In this document: piece by piece, positions 51,474 to 61,585 of the stretch | How the letters are laid out: the number at the start of each line of letters is the position of its first letter | Numbering within the stretch: position 1 is the first letter of the stretch | Position numbers and translations under genes: made by a program | Assembly (NCBI GenBank): GCA_963760275.1 | Contig: CAVXCM010000007.1 | Span: 196,921 to 260,920 of the forward strand | From: an uncultured Verrucomicrobiae bacterium | GTDB taxonomy: Bacteria > Verrucomicrobiota > Verrucomicrobiia > Limisphaerales > SIBH01 | Length of the DNA stretch: 64,000 nt | Direction of reading: 5' to 3' | The notes under the pieces: generated by a model | What the model saw: only the letters and a program-made list of their open reading frames with translations | What the model was told of the DNA's origin: nothing | Databases searched by the model: none

Positions 51474-53267
51474 ATGAGTCTCCAACGCTACAAGCAGAAA
51501 CGGAACTTCGGCGACACACCGGAACCTGAAGGGAAGGTGCTCAAGCGCAAGATGCCCGAGTTGCTGTTTGTCATTCAAAAACATTCAGCCAGCCACCTGC
51601 ACTACGACTTCCGCCTTGAATTGAATGGCGTGCTCGTTTCATGGGCGGTGCCCAAGGGAATTCCCACGAAAAAGGCGGACAAGCGTCTCGCCATGCATGT
51701 GGAGGATCATCCCATCGACTATGGCGATTTCGAAGGCGTCATCCCCGAGGGCAATTACGGCGCGGGAAGCGTCATGGTTTGGGATACCGGAGTGTGGGAG
51801 CCACTGGAGAGCGCGCCTGATCGGGCGCTGGAGAAGGGCAAGTTAAAGTTCATCCTACGCGGCAAAAAGTTGAACGGCGAGTGGACGCTCGTCCGCATGC
51901 GTGCCCGCAGCGCGGCAAGCGGGAAGGACGAATGGCTGCTCATTAAGAGCGGCGAGGATGTCGCTCCCATTACCGCCAAACGCGATGACCAATCCGTCCT
52001 GACTCGCCGGACGATGGCGCAAATCGCGGGACAAAAAACGCGAACGTGGAAATCGAATCGCGAAACAGATTCAAAAAAAAAGTCCTTCAAGGAACGCATC
52101 GCCGCGGCGGCACAACAACGGGGAGCCCAACGCCACTCCGAAAACGGAGCGAGTCCCCAGCGCGCCAAAAAAAACGTCGCTCCGGCAGTGACGTCAAATG
52201 ACCTGCTCGACAAACCTTCGCAGACTACTCCCAAGGCTTCAGCGCAAACCGGTGCGGTAACGTGGGAGAAGTGTCCGGTGGAATCTCCAAAGTTCATCAA
52301 CCCGATGAAAGCGGTGCTCGTGAACACCCTGAGTCCACAAGAGGACTGGCTGTTGGAACTCAAGCACGATGGGTATCGGGCGCTCGCGGTCAAGGACGGT
52401 GGTCGAGTCGAACTTTTCTCACGCAATCAGAAAAAACTCACCGCTTCGTTCCCGACCGTAGTCCGCGCCATTCAGAAACTCTCCCCTGATAAACTGGTCC
52501 TCGACGGAGAGATTGTCGCGTTGGACGAGCGCGGCCATGGGTCCTTCCAATTGCTCCAGAATCATGAACGCATTTCCGATCCAGGGACCTTGGTTCTTTA
52601 CGCGTTCGACTTGCTCAATTTCAACGGGCGAAACATCCGCGCCCTCCCCCTGGCGCAACGACGCGGATTACTCGAATCCCTCATGACCAAGGCCGATGAA
52701 CCCCTCCGCTTTTCGGTAGCTCTCCCTGGTGCACCCAAGATCGTCTTGACGGAAATCAAGCGTCTCGGATTGGAGGGCCTGATCGCAAAGAAGCCCGACT
52801 CACCGTATGAAGCAGGCCGCCGTTCCAATGCGTGGGTGAAAATAAAATGCCTCAACGAACAGGAATTTGTCGTTGGTGGCTATACGGCGCCCAAAGGTTC
52901 GCGGGATCATTTTGGCGCTCTGCTGGTCGGCTACTACGAGAGTGGTCAACTTCATTTCGCCAGCAAGGTTGGAACGGGTTTCACCCAAGCCACACTTCGT
53001 GACCTGTTCAAACAATTCAAACCGTTTCATCAAAGCGCTTGTCCGTTCATCAACCTCCCGACCAAACGCTCCGGGAAATTCGGCCAAGGCGTCAGCGCCG
53101 CCGAGATGCGCAACTGCACCTGGCTGAAACCAACCCTGGTGGCTCAAGTCCGCTTCACGGAATGGACCGGCGACGGCGGCCTGCGCCATCCTGTATTTCT
53201 GGGTCTTCGATCAGACAAACGCGCCGAGGAAGTCGTTCGTGAGGTGGCCATCGTGCAGTCGGGTTGA
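51474..53267 (+). CDS. ligD: NHEJ DNA ligase D (phosphoesterase + ATP-dependent ligase, no polymerase domain)
   Basis: HLHYDFRLE, SWAVPKG, EDHP; ELKHDGYR, EGLIAK, WVKIK, GTGF, LRHPVF.GLR. Confidence 0.9.
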   Translation: MSLQRYKQKRNFGDTPEPEGKVLKRKMPELLFVIQKHSASHLHYDFRLELNGVLVSWAVPKGIPTKKADKRLAMHVEDHPIDYGDFEGVIPEGNYGAGSVMVWDTGVWEPLESAPDRALEKGKLKFILRGKKLNGEWTLVRMRARSAASGKDEWLLIKSGEDVAPITAKRDDQSVLTRRTMAQIAGQKTRTWKSNRETDSKKKSFKERIAAAAQQRGAQRHSENGASPQRAKKNVAPAVTSNDLLDKPSQTTPKASAQTGAVTWEKCPVESPKFINPMKAVLVNTLSPQEDWLLELKHDGYRALAVKDGGRVELFSRNQKKLTASFPTVVRAIQKLSPDKLVLDGEIVALDERGHGSFQLLQNHERISDPGTLVLYAFDLLNFNGRNIRALPLAQRRGLLESLMTKADEPLRFSVALPGAPKIVLTEIKRLGLEGLIAKKPDSPYEAGRRSNAWVKIKCLNEQEFVVGGYTAPKGSRDHFGALLVGYYESGQLHFASKVGTGFTQATLRDLFKQFKPFHQSACPFINLPTKRSGKFGQGVSAAEMRNCTWLKPTLVAQVRFTEWTGDGGLRHPVFLGLRSDKRAEEVVREVAIVQSG

Positions 53268-53330
53268 ACCGGGTTGGTTTGCGCGTTCACCGATGTGGTC
53301 CGACGGTGGGAAGCAGGAGGATCCGAATTT

Positions 53331-54020
53331 ATGAAATCATTGTTCAACCTGGTAAGCGTGTGCGTCACGATTTTGCTCGTTGGATGCGCGACGCAAAACC
53401 AAGTCGCCAGACAGGAAGGCCGGGGCTCGAGGCAAATCTACGCGACGCCATTCGACCAGACTTGGCGCGCCGCGATCGACGCCGCGCAGGACGGCGACTT
53501 GGAAATTGTTTCTGCCGATCGAGCTCGTGGTTACATCGCGGCCAGACGAGGCGTCAGGGCGCATACGCTCGGGGAAAACGTCGGCGTCTGGGTCAAAGAG
53601 GTGACACCCACCCAAACGGAGGTGGAAGTGGTCAGCCGCCAGGCCGGGCCACCGGTCATGTGGCTAAAGAATTGGCAGAACGAAATCCAGCGGGCCATCG
53701 CCGCCAACTTGACGCGCGAGGGTTACGGCGGAGCGCCCGCCACGGCCGCGATTGAAAGTGGGGCCGCCTCTTCCCGCGCGGTTGCTCCAGATAGAATTCA
53801 AGACTCGCCTGGAGACCCCGCGGTAATGCGGAACGAAATTGATCAGCTGCGACGTGAACTGGATGTTCTCCGTACGCGGCAGGAAGGCGGAAACCGCGCC
53901 CTGTCCGCCGAAGTGGATGAGACGAAAAGACGAATTCTCGAACGTCAAATGGAACGGCTGCGGGAGGAAACGAAGGTTCTCGAAGGACGGCTGCTGGAGT
54001 TGGAACGACAACTGAATTGA
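53331..54020 (+). CDS. Lipoprotein with a C-terminal coiled coil
   Basis: LLVGC lipobox; heptad-rich C-terminus. Confidence 0.6.
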   Translation: MKSLFNLVSVCVTILLVGCATQNQVARQEGRGSRQIYATPFDQTWRAAIDAAQDGDLEIVSADRARGYIAARRGVRAHTLGENVGVWVKEVTPTQTEVEVVSRQAGPPVMWLKNWQNEIQRAIAANLTREGYGGAPATAAIESGAASSRAVAPDRIQDSPGDPAVMRNEIDQLRRELDVLRTRQEGGNRALSAEVDETKRRILERQMERLREETKVLEGRLLELERQLN

Positions 54021-54023
54021 GAA

Positions 54024-55295
54024 TCAAGTCGGCTTCCTACTGGTGACAGGTGTGGCGCTCCACTCATTAAGCGCCCGCTCGCCAAGCGTGGGACTCAACT
54101 GAAGCAGCTCGAGGGCTTCGCCAATAAGATATAGGGAACCAGTCACCACGACGTACGGATCGCGCGAACAGGAATCGAGGGCGTCGCGCAAGCAGCCAGC
54201 CACTTCCACCTTGGCAGCGGGGTTCGCCTCCCGACAAGACGCCGCGAGCAGTTCAGGCTGGGCCGTCCGCTCGCTATTGACGGGCATGACCACCAGGCGC
54301 GCTGCCAACGGAGCCAGAATGCGGCAGACCTGTTCCCAATTTTTATCGTTTAGCAACCCCAGGAGCAGCGTAAGACGATGACCCGGCACGAAGTGGCGGA
54401 GCGTTGACGCGAGGGCAGCCGCGCCGGCGGGATTATGGGCTCCATCCAGAATAATTGTTTTCCCGTCGCGTTCATGCATTTGGAACCGACCGGGCCAGGT
54501 TACGGTTTGCAAACCAACCGATTGTGCCGCCGACGGCACCGGCACGAGTTTCTGCAAGACCTCAACCGTTTTCAGCGCCAACGCCGCATTCGTCTTTTGG
54601 TGATCTCCGTGCAACGCAGTGAACACATCCTGCGAAGCGACAACATGCACAGGCGCATTCAACCGCGCGGCATTAGCACGAATAACAGCGAGGGCTTCCG
54701 GCGAATCTGTCGCAGTCACGACAGGAACGCCTTCTTTGATGATGCCTGCTTTTTCCGCCGCGATTTTTTCGAGGGTATCACCCAGCCACTTCTCGTGGTC
54801 GAATTGCACGTTGGTGATGACACTCACGAGGGGCATTACGATATTTGTGGCGTCGAGTCGCCCACCCAGACCCGTTTCCCAAATCACCAGGTCACAGCCT
54901 TGTTCAGCGAAATAACGAAGCGCCATGACCGTGACTACCTCGAAGAACGTCGGGTGATCGTTGGACGGAAATTCTTGCAGCCATTCCCGCGCATCCCCGA
55001 CCAAACGCACCACATCGCTTTCGCTGATTAATTCGCGATTGACCTGAAAGCGCTCACGGAAGCTCACTAGATGCGGGGAGGTATACAGACCCACGCGCCG
55101 ACCACTGGAGCGGTAAATGGCTTCCAACATGGCGCAGGTGGAGCCTTTGCCGTTGGTCCCCGCCACGTGAACGAATCGCAACTGGTCTTGTGGGTTGCCC
55201 GCAAGCTCAGCCAGGCGCCGGACGCGCTCGAGACCGAGCTGAGCTCCAAAAACCTGGAGCGAAGACAGAAAGGCGATGGCGTCCTGATACGACAT
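54024..55295 (-). CDS. folC: Folylpolyglutamate synthase/dihydrofolate synthase
   Basis: HVAGTNGKGST, TSPHL, ETGLGGRLDATN, WPGRF, DGAHN. Confidence 0.93.
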   Translation of the reverse strand: MSYQDAIAFLSSLQVFGAQLGLERVRRLAELAGNPQDQLRFVHVAGTNGKGSTCAMLEAIYRSSGRRVGLYTSPHLVSFRERFQVNRELISESDVVRLVGDAREWLQEFPSNDHPTFFEVVTVMALRYFAEQGCDLVIWETGLGGRLDATNIVMPLVSVITNVQFDHEKWLGDTLEKIAAEKAGIIKEGVPVVTATDSPEALAVIRANAARLNAPVHVVASQDVFTALHGDHQKTNAALALKTVEVLQKLVPVPSAAQSVGLQTVTWPGRFQMHERDGKTIILDGAHNPAGAAALASTLRHFVPGHRLTLLLGLLNDKNWEQVCRILAPLAARLVVMPVNSERTAQPELLAASCREANPAAKVEVAGCLRDALDSCSRDPYVVVTGSLYLIGEALELLQLSPTLGERALNEWSATPVTSRKPT

Positions 55296-55357
55296 TCAGC
55301 CGGGAAAATTGGCAGCAAACGTCATTGGAGGCGATGCAAAGATTACGCTGGAACAGT

Positions 55358-55936
55358 TCAAACGCGATACAAGCCTGCCTCGTGTATCACCTCTGCCACC
55401 CCGGGAGGGACCAGGTGGTCCACGCGCAGCCCGGATCGGACACGCGCTCGAATCTCAGATGAAGAAAGTCGGATGGGCCAGCCGCCGAGCACACGGATGC
55501 GAAATGATGCAGGTGAGGCTGCAGGAACCTCACCCGGACGTGGGATGACAACGAATTCAACCAATCGGGCAAGCTCATCTGCCTCACGCCACTTGGGCAA
55601 CGTGGGCACGTGGTCGGCTCCGATGAGGTAAGACAACTCGGTTTGCGGGAAGCGAGCGGCATACGCACGGACCGTTTCGATCGTGAAGGAAGTTCCGCCC
55701 CGTTGAATTTCCTGATCGTCGATCTCGCAGTTCAATCTTCCGGCCAACGCCAGTCGAAGCATGCGCAAGCGTAATGTCGAGGGCGTGGGAGGGCTCTCGG
55801 GTTTGAAAGGTGATTGCGCGGCCGGAATGAAGAACAAGCGGTCAAGAGCCAGTTCCTCACAAGCCGCTTGAGCGACGAGCAAGTGCCCGATGTGTACCGG
55901 GTCGAAGGAACCACCAAACAGACCGATGCGTTTCAT
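55358..55936 (-). CDS. nadD: Nicotinate-nucleotide adenylyltransferase
   Basis: GGSFDPVHIGH, LIGAD, SSSEIR. Confidence 0.93.
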   Translation of the reverse strand: MKRIGLFGGSFDPVHIGHLLVAQAACEELALDRLFFIPAAQSPFKPESPPTPSTLRLRMLRLALAGRLNCEIDDQEIQRGGTSFTIETVRAYAARFPQTELSYLIGADHVPTLPKWREADELARLVEFVVIPRPGEVPAASPASFRIRVLGGWPIRLSSSEIRARVRSGLRVDHLVPPGVAEVIHEAGLYRV

Positions 55937-56002
55937 GGCGCGGAGTTAATCAGGAAGAGCAAACCGGGCGAAGACTTTCGTGGCAGTGCCCGCGGTGGCA
56001 GA

Positions 56003-56401
56003 TCAAACCACGCTCGATCCAACCGGTGATTCACGCCATCTCACCGTCATAATGACGGCGTCCTCCTCGACGAACCACGTGTGCTCCGCATCTGTCCCCC
56101 AAATGGTGTAATCGCCAGCTTCCTGCAATCGATGCTCGCGAATTTCTCCGGATACATCACGAAAACGCAGCATGAACTTTCCCGAGATCAGCACGCTCAT
56201 CGTCGTCTTATCCGAACACGCTGCCCAGGCGGCCCGCCCTTCGCCCGCGCGATGTTTACCCCACTTGATTTCAACGGAGCTCGATTGGCGCAGGCCAAAG
56301 TCCGCCGGCGGTTGGCTTTTGGACCACGCGCGCAGATCTCCCACGAACCATTGGCCGAAAGCCCGTCCGTCCAAGTGCGCGTTGCCCGCGTGAATTTGCA
56401 T
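56003..56401 (-). CDS. Cupin-like hypothetical protein
   Basis: WFVG, VEIKWG.H, LISGKF, GDY.IW....HTW. Confidence 0.6.
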   Translation of the reverse strand: MQIHAGNAHLDGRAFGQWFVGDLRAWSKSQPPADFGLRQSSSVEIKWGKHRAGEGRAAWAACSDKTTMSVLISGKFMLRFRDVSGEIREHRLQEAGDYTIWGTDAEHTWFVEEDAVIMTVRWRESPVGSSVV

Positions 56402-56463
56402 GGAGAATCAGTGACATGAACCCGAAGCCGCGTCAAAACCGCGGGCGGGCGCGTCCGAAGAAA

Positions 56464-57834
56464 TCAATTTTGAAGCTGCGCTTCACACGCGCGGAAACGC
56501 TGTGCGAGGAATTCTTGTTCCGACTTGGTCTCCGCCAGTTGCATCGATTTGCGAAAATAGCCGGCCGCCGCGAGCGGATCATTCAATTGCGACTCCAGTT
56601 CGCCCAGTACGGCATAGAGGAGGTAGTAGGAATCCAACTTCTCGCGATCCTGTATGGCCGCGACCGCATCCAACCCCGCCTGCGCACCGTGAACCTTGGA
56701 GATGACAATGGCGCGATTCAACGCGGCTACTGGTGAATGATCGGCCTCAACCAACCGATCGTAGAGCGACAAAATGTGTGGCCAATTGGTGGATTCGTAA
56801 TCAGAAGCGGTACAGTGGCAGGCGGCGATGCCCGCCTGTAGATGATACTGTGTAATTTCGTCGCCTGCCGCGGAACGTGCGAAATGGTAAAGCCCACGCG
56901 CGATCATGCGCTGATCCCAGAGCGTGCGATCCTGTTCCTTAAGTCGGAGCAAATGCCCCTCGGCATCCAGCCGCGTCGGAAGACGCGCCGCGCTTAACAA
57001 CATTAGCGCGAGGAGTGCATGAGTTTTTGGCAAATCGCCCACCGGGTGCGCCACCAACAAGGCCGCGAGCCGAACCGCATCCTGACATAGCTCCTCGCGC
57101 ACCAGCCTTTCTCCGCTCGAAGCCTTATATCCTTCGTTGAAGAGCAAGTAGATGGACTGCATCACGCCCTCAAGGCGGCTGGGCATTTCTTCGCCACCGG
57201 GAATCTCGAAGGGAATTTGCAACTCCTGGATTCGCTGACGGGCCCGGGTCAATCGTTTCGCAATGGCGGCTTCCGTCGTCAGAAAGGCCTTCGCAATTTC
57301 AGCTGGGCTGAAACCGCACAAGGTCTTCAGCGCCAGCGCAGTCTGGGATTCCTGCGGGATGGCTGGATGGCAGCAGGCGAACATGAGTCGCAGTCGCCCG
57401 TCCTTGATCTCATCGTCGAAACCCACTTCGTTCGTGACGCTCGAATCACCAGACCATTGTTCAACCAGCGACGTAATCTCCGGCTGCTTTTCGTGGAACA
57501 GTTTTTCGCGACGAAGCAAATCCACCGCGAGGTTTTTGGCTGTCTGGGTAAGCCAGGCCGGCGGATTTTTGGGGACTCCATAGAATGGCCAGGTGCGTAG
57601 CGCGCGCACCAGCGCTTCTTGAACGACATCCTCAGCCATTTGGAGACGGTCCAATCCGAAGATCCCCGTCAGAACTGACACAAGCTTGCCCGCTTCCTCG
57701 CGAAACAAGTGCTCCGTCAGTCGGGAAATCTCGTGCGAGGATTGGTTGCCTCCGGCGGGATGGTCGCCGGATGCGCTCGCCATGAACCTGCCGCCTGCGC
57801 TTAGGACTGCATTTTGTTGAACCCCTAAATCCAT
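56464..57834 (-). CDS. ECF sigma factor with C-terminal DUF6596/TPR extension (ECF42-like)
   Basis: AEDVVQEA, RLMFACCHP, YLLFNEGY, QDRTLWD, YHLQAGIAACH, LNRAI. Confidence 0.9.
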   Translation of the reverse strand: MDLGVQQNAVLSAGGRFMASASGDHPAGGNQSSHEISRLTEHLFREEAGKLVSVLTGIFGLDRLQMAEDVVQEALVRALRTWPFYGVPKNPPAWLTQTAKNLAVDLLRREKLFHEKQPEITSLVEQWSGDSSVTNEVGFDDEIKDGRLRLMFACCHPAIPQESQTALALKTLCGFSPAEIAKAFLTTEAAIAKRLTRARQRIQELQIPFEIPGGEEMPSRLEGVMQSIYLLFNEGYKASSGERLVREELCQDAVRLAALLVAHPVGDLPKTHALLALMLLSAARLPTRLDAEGHLLRLKEQDRTLWDQRMIARGLYHFARSAAGDEITQYHLQAGIAACHCTASDYESTNWPHILSLYDRLVEADHSPVAALNRAIVISKVHGAQAGLDAVAAIQDREKLDSYYLLYAVLGELESQLNDPLAAAGYFRKSMQLAETKSEQEFLAQRFRACEAQLQN

Positions 57835-57848
57835 CGCGTGATGTGTTT

Positions 57849-58274
57849 CTAGTTAACAGCTCCAACAAGCTGATTGCTGCCAGTGGAAATATCCAACAGC
57901 CGGGCACGCACCACGCACATATCCGCGACGGGACGCACTTCCACGACGCAGCCGTATTCGAGTCCTGGGCATTCTTGGGCAATGGCGACCGCTTCGTCTT
58001 CACCAGAAACTTGCAGGTAAAAGTAGCCGCCAATGGCTTCCTTCGATTCGGCGAATGGACCGTCCGCGACGGCGCGGCCATTCTTCCCGGAAACAATCTT
58101 TCCCTCGTCCTGAAGCGGATGTCCGCCCAGACATTTGCCCTCCTTTTTCAAACGATCAAACCACGCGTACCAATCGGCCACGACTCGTCCGCGCTCTTCG
58201 AGCGTTAATTCCTTATCCCAGTTAGTTCCACGGAAAAGCAGCATGTAATCGGACTTGGGGGCGGGTGTGCTCAT
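57849..58274 (-). CDS. YciI/DGPF family protein
   Basis: YMLLFRG, DGPFAESKEAIGGY, VEVRP. Confidence 0.9.
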   Translation of the reverse strand: MSTPAPKSDYMLLFRGTNWDKELTLEERGRVVADWYAWFDRLKKEGKCLGGHPLQDEGKIVSGKNGRAVADGPFAESKEAIGGYFYLQVSGEDEAVAIAQECPGLEYGCVVEVRPVADMCVVRARLLDISTGSNQLVGAVN

Positions 58275-58302
58275 AGTATTTGTGTTCGTGTTTCGTTTTT
58301 CG

Positions 58303-58710
58303 TTAAGCAGTCGCCATGGAAAGTTGTTTCCGCACTCGCTGAAACGTCGGGCATTCCTCGGCGATAGGCCGGACTTCGATGATTCCACCGTACTCCAGGC
58401 ATGGACAGCTTTGGGCGATCAAGGTGGCGTCATTCAAATCCCCGGCGCTTAGAATTAAATAGCCGCCCACCGCTTCTTTGGATTCAGCGAATGGCCCGTC
58501 CGCAACCAGCTGGCCTTTGCGTCCGGAAACGGATCTGCCCTCTTCGCCCAACGGTTGGCCTGCCTTGATGATTCCTCGTTGGTGCAATTCATCAAACCAG
58601 CCCATGAGCTTGCCCATGGCTGCCTGAATTTGTTCGGGGGAAAGTCCTTTGTCCCAATTCGTCCCGCGGAACAACAACAGGAAATCGGATTTTGTATCTG
58701 GCTCATTCAT
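58303..58710 (-). CDS. YciI/DGPF family protein
   Basis: FLLLFRG, DGPFAESKEAVGGY, IEVRP. Confidence 0.9.
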   Translation of the reverse strand: MNEPDTKSDFLLLFRGTNWDKGLSPEQIQAAMGKLMGWFDELHQRGIIKAGQPLGEEGRSVSGRKGQLVADGPFAESKEAVGGYLILSAGDLNDATLIAQSCPCLEYGGIIEVRPIAEECPTFQRVRKQLSMATA

Positions 58711-58750
58711 AATTCGTCCTTAGTCACGAAATGCGAGTCGCACTTCAATG

Positions 58751-58783
58751 ATACAACGAACGAGCCCGGCAGTTGAGGACGAC
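58751..58783 (-). promoter_or_regulatory. Putative ECF-sigma promoter upstream of the YciI-YciI-sigma operon
   Basis: Minus strand gtcgtcct-N11-ctcgttcgttgtat; equally spaced match at 61526-61558. Confidence 0.6.
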
Positions 58784-58832
58784 TTTAATTAAGAAAACTG
58801 TCCGTTGGGCAACCAAAGTTCCGCCAAAGCGC

Positions 58833-59057
58833 TTATCCTTGGGAAAGTTTCTTCCGCTCAGTGCCGCTCGCTTCACGAAAATCACTCAGCTTTCCCTTTT
58901 TGAAGCTGCCATCAGCCAGCTTCAACGTGATTTCCGGCGGCCAGCCGGCTTTCGCCTCAATGACGCTCTCCACGACGCCGAGGACACCGGAAGCACGATG
59001 GACCATTGTTTCACCGACATAGCCCTGGCCCGTCGCAGATGTTTTGGATTTTCCCAT
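58833..59057 (-). CDS. Small hypothetical protein (SH3/KOW-like possible)
   Basis: 74-aa ORF with natural composition, same strand as neighbours. Confidence 0.55.
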   Translation of the reverse strand: MGKSKTSATGQGYVGETMVHRASGVLGVVESVIEAKAGWPPEITLKLADGSFKKGKLSDFREASGTERKKLSQG

Positions 59058-59127
59058 GACAAGACGACTATGAAGGAGGCTCCGGGGCGTTCAATGACCG
59101 AATCGGCCCAACCCCCAGCGAACAAAT

Positions 59128-59165
59128 GAAAAAGCGCCCCAACGAAGTCTCGTTGCGGCGCTTTG
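59128..59165 (-). terminator. Rho-independent terminator
   Basis: aaagcgcc(c)caacg-aagtct-cgttg(c)ggcgcttt hairpin with a T-run on the minus strand. Confidence 0.65.
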
Positions 59166-59179
59166 AAAAGAGCCAGGCG

Positions 59180-59305
59180 CTAGCGCTTCTTGCCAGCCGC
59201 GGTCTTAGCCACTTCAGCCTGCTTCTTCGCCTTGGAAGCGGAATCGTTCTTGGATTGCTTCTGTGTGGCTTTCTTGTTCACGGACTTTGGTGATCGGTCG
59301 CCCAT
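59180..59305 (-). CDS. Small basic protein (41 aa)
   Basis: MGDRSPKSVNKKATQKQSKNDSASKAKKQAEVAKTAAGKKR; gagaa SD-like sequence; terminator downstream. Confidence 0.6.
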   Translation of the reverse strand: MGDRSPKSVNKKATQKQSKNDSASKAKKQAEVAKTAAGKKR

Positions 59306-59479
59306 AGTATTCTCAATTTTGATTTAACTCGTCCGCGGAATAAAAGTTTCTCCGAGGGCGTGCGTGACGTTGACGGCACACGCCATTCCGAGTCAAACGA
59401 GAAGCCAATTCTAAATGGAGATTCCGACACACATCAAATCGTTCAGGCGTTGGTTCAACGAGCCCGGGACGCTCGACGA

Positions 59480-59776
59480 CTAGCCCCCTGCCATGGCTCC
59501 CACAATCAGGAAGGGCTCGGCTCCATTTCGCACGGGTTGAGGAAGCAGCGCCTCCGTTGGTTCAAACGACAGGTCTTCTTTGCATGCGAAGAAACGGACG
59601 AATGGACGACGTTTCGCCGTGATGTGATCTCGAATGGTTCCTCGCAACATCGGGTAGCGCGCCTCCAGCGCATCAAGCACCGCTCCCAACGTGATCGGTT
59701 CCGGAATCGCCAACGCCACCTCGCCTTCCACGCGCGCGAGCGTTCGCAAATGAAATGGCAATACCACCCGGATCAT
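59480..59776 (-). CDS. MoaD/ThiS ubiquitin-like protein
   Basis: [19 protein letters not shown]-terminal AMAGG; ATGA overlap with the upstream gene. Confidence 0.88.
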   Translation of the reverse strand: MIRVVLPFHLRTLARVEGEVALAIPEPITLGAVLDALEARYPMLRGTIRDHITAKRRPFVRFFACKEDLSFEPTEALLPQPVRNGAEPFLIVGAMAGG

Positions 59777-60939
59777 CGCAGCGTCTGGACTTCGACGGAC
59801 AGCACTCCGGGCAGGTCGCGGACGATGGGATTCCACGAATTGCCACCATCCGGCGAGCAATACACCTGACCACCGGTCGTGCCAAAATAGACACCGCTCG
59901 GTTCAAGCGAATCCACCGCCATGGCGTCGCGCAGCACGTTCACGTAGCAATCCTTCTGCGGCAATCCTTTCGTCAACGCTTCCCACTCGTTGCCACCGGT
60001 CCTGCTGCGATAGACACGCAGCTTGCCATCCGGCGGAAAGTGTTCCGAGTCGCTCTTGATCGGGACCACGTAGATCGTTTCAGGCTCGTGGGCGTGAACC
60101 TCGATGGGAAATCCAAAGTCGCTTGGGAGGTTGCCGCTCACCTCACTCCACTGATCGCCGGCGTTGTCGCTGCGCATGATGTCCCAGTGCTTTTGCATAA
60201 AGAGCACCTCCGGTCGGGAGGCGTGCATCGCTATGTGATGCACGCAATGCCCGACATCGGCATCCGGGTCGGGTAACTCGTAGCCCGACTTCAATCCGCG
60301 ATTGATCGGGCGCCAGGTTTGCCCGCCATCATCGGTGCGGAATGCGCCCGCCGCAGAGATGGCAACGTAGAGTCGCTTTTCGTTCTGGGGATCGAGAATG
60401 ATCGTATGCAGGCACATGCCACCAGCGCCGGGTTGCCAGAGATGGCCCTTGGCGCCCCGCAAGCCAGGAAGCTCCTTCCAAGTCCGTCCACCGTCCGAAG
60501 TCTTGAACAACGCCGCATCCTCCGCCCCTGCAAAGGCTGTGTCGGGATCAGTCAGTGACGGTTCAATATGCCAGATGCGTTTGAATTCCCACGGATGCTG
60601 CGTGCCGTCGTACCACTTGTGGGTTCCCACCTCCCCTTCGTAAACGAACTTGTTGCTTTCGGCTCGCGGCATGCCATCGACACTCTTCAGCTCTTCCGCA
60701 CTGCTGCCGGGTGTGTTCCACGTTTGGCCACCGTCGTCCGAACGCTGGATAATTTGCCCAAACCATCCACTCGACTGCGAGGCATAGATGCGGTTGGGAA
60801 CAACAGGCGAGCCTTTGAGATGATACATCTCCCAACCAGCGAAATGAGGGCCGCTCACTTCCCAACTCTGACGCTTTCCATCGGCGTTCAAAATGAAAGC
60901 GCCCTTCTTTGTGCCGACCAACACGCGAACTTTGCTCAT
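59773..60939 (-). CDS. BNR/Asp-box beta-propeller (sialidase-like) protein
   Basis: Repeated S/T-D-D-G-G-x-T-W Asp-boxes; [10 protein letters not shown]. Confidence 0.88.
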   Translation of the reverse strand: MSKVRVLVGTKKGAFILNADGKRQSWEVSGPHFAGWEMYHLKGSPVVPNRIYASQSSGWFGQIIQRSDDGGQTWNTPGSSAEELKSVDGMPRAESNKFVYEGEVGTHKWYDGTQHPWEFKRIWHIEPSLTDPDTAFAGAEDAALFKTSDGGRTWKELPGLRGAKGHLWQPGAGGMCLHTIILDPQNEKRLYVAISAAGAFRTDDGGQTWRPINRGLKSGYELPDPDADVGHCVHHIAMHASRPEVLFMQKHWDIMRSDNAGDQWSEVSGNLPSDFGFPIEVHAHEPETIYVVPIKSDSEHFPPDGKLRVYRSRTGGNEWEALTKGLPQKDCYVNVLRDAMAVDSLEPSGVYFGTTGGQVYCSPDGGNSWNPIVRDLPGVLSVEVQTLR

Positions 60940-61042
60940 GGATTATTCCTGTATTTGAATTTGGATCGTGAGTCACTCCCCGTCGGGTCCAGTCGAAGGG
61001 GATGAGTGAACTCACCTGTTTTCCCAGTCACCATCGCCGTCG

Positions 61043-61486
61043 TCAGCTGTGTTGTTGGCCCGATGGCATGACGCTGATCATCCATCCCACTCCGAACCGA
61101 TCCTGGACCATCCCGAAACGCGGCGACCAGAATGTCCGCGCCATGGGCATTTGGACCTGGCCACCTTCGGCCAGCGCCGAAAAAGCACGGTCAGCTTCAG
61201 GTTCAGTCGGGACGGAAAACGACAGCGCGAATCCATTGAAGCGGGGACTGTTTGCGCCACACCCATCCGAGGCCATCACCGTCGTCTCACCGACTCGGAA
61301 GCTTACATGCATAATTTTTTTCTCAGATCCTGGCGGGACCATGCCCGGTGGATGCGGTTCCGGGCTCTCGTCGTAACGCATCAGTATCTCTACTTCTGCA
61401 CCAAGTGCCTTACGATAGAACTCAATAGCCTGCTCGCACACCCCGTTAAAGAATAGATACGGTTGGACAACGCCTTTGGTTTTCAT
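61043..61486 (-). CDS. VOC/PhnB family protein
   Basis: QPYLFFNG.CEQAIEFY, IMH, MASDG, TFWSPRFGMVQDRFGVGWM. Confidence 0.9.
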   Translation of the reverse strand: MKTKGVVQPYLFFNGVCEQAIEFYRKALGAEVEILMRYDESPEPHPPGMVPPGSEKKIMHVSFRVGETTVMASDGCGANSPRFNGFALSFSVPTEPEADRAFSALAEGGQVQMPMARTFWSPRFGMVQDRFGVGWMISVMPSGQQHS

Positions 61487-61525
61487 AGTCACTCATTCCA
61501 TCTCCGAACATTTTAGGTTTCCTCA

Positions 61526-61558
61526 ATACCACGAATGAGAAACCCGAATCAGGACAAC
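61526..61558 (-). promoter_or_regulatory. Putative ECF-sigma promoter upstream of the VOC-BNR-MoaD genes
   Basis: Minus strand gttgtcct-N11-ctcattcgtggtat. Confidence 0.6.
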
Positions 61559-61585
61559 TATCGTAAAATATTTCGCCCACCCGCC

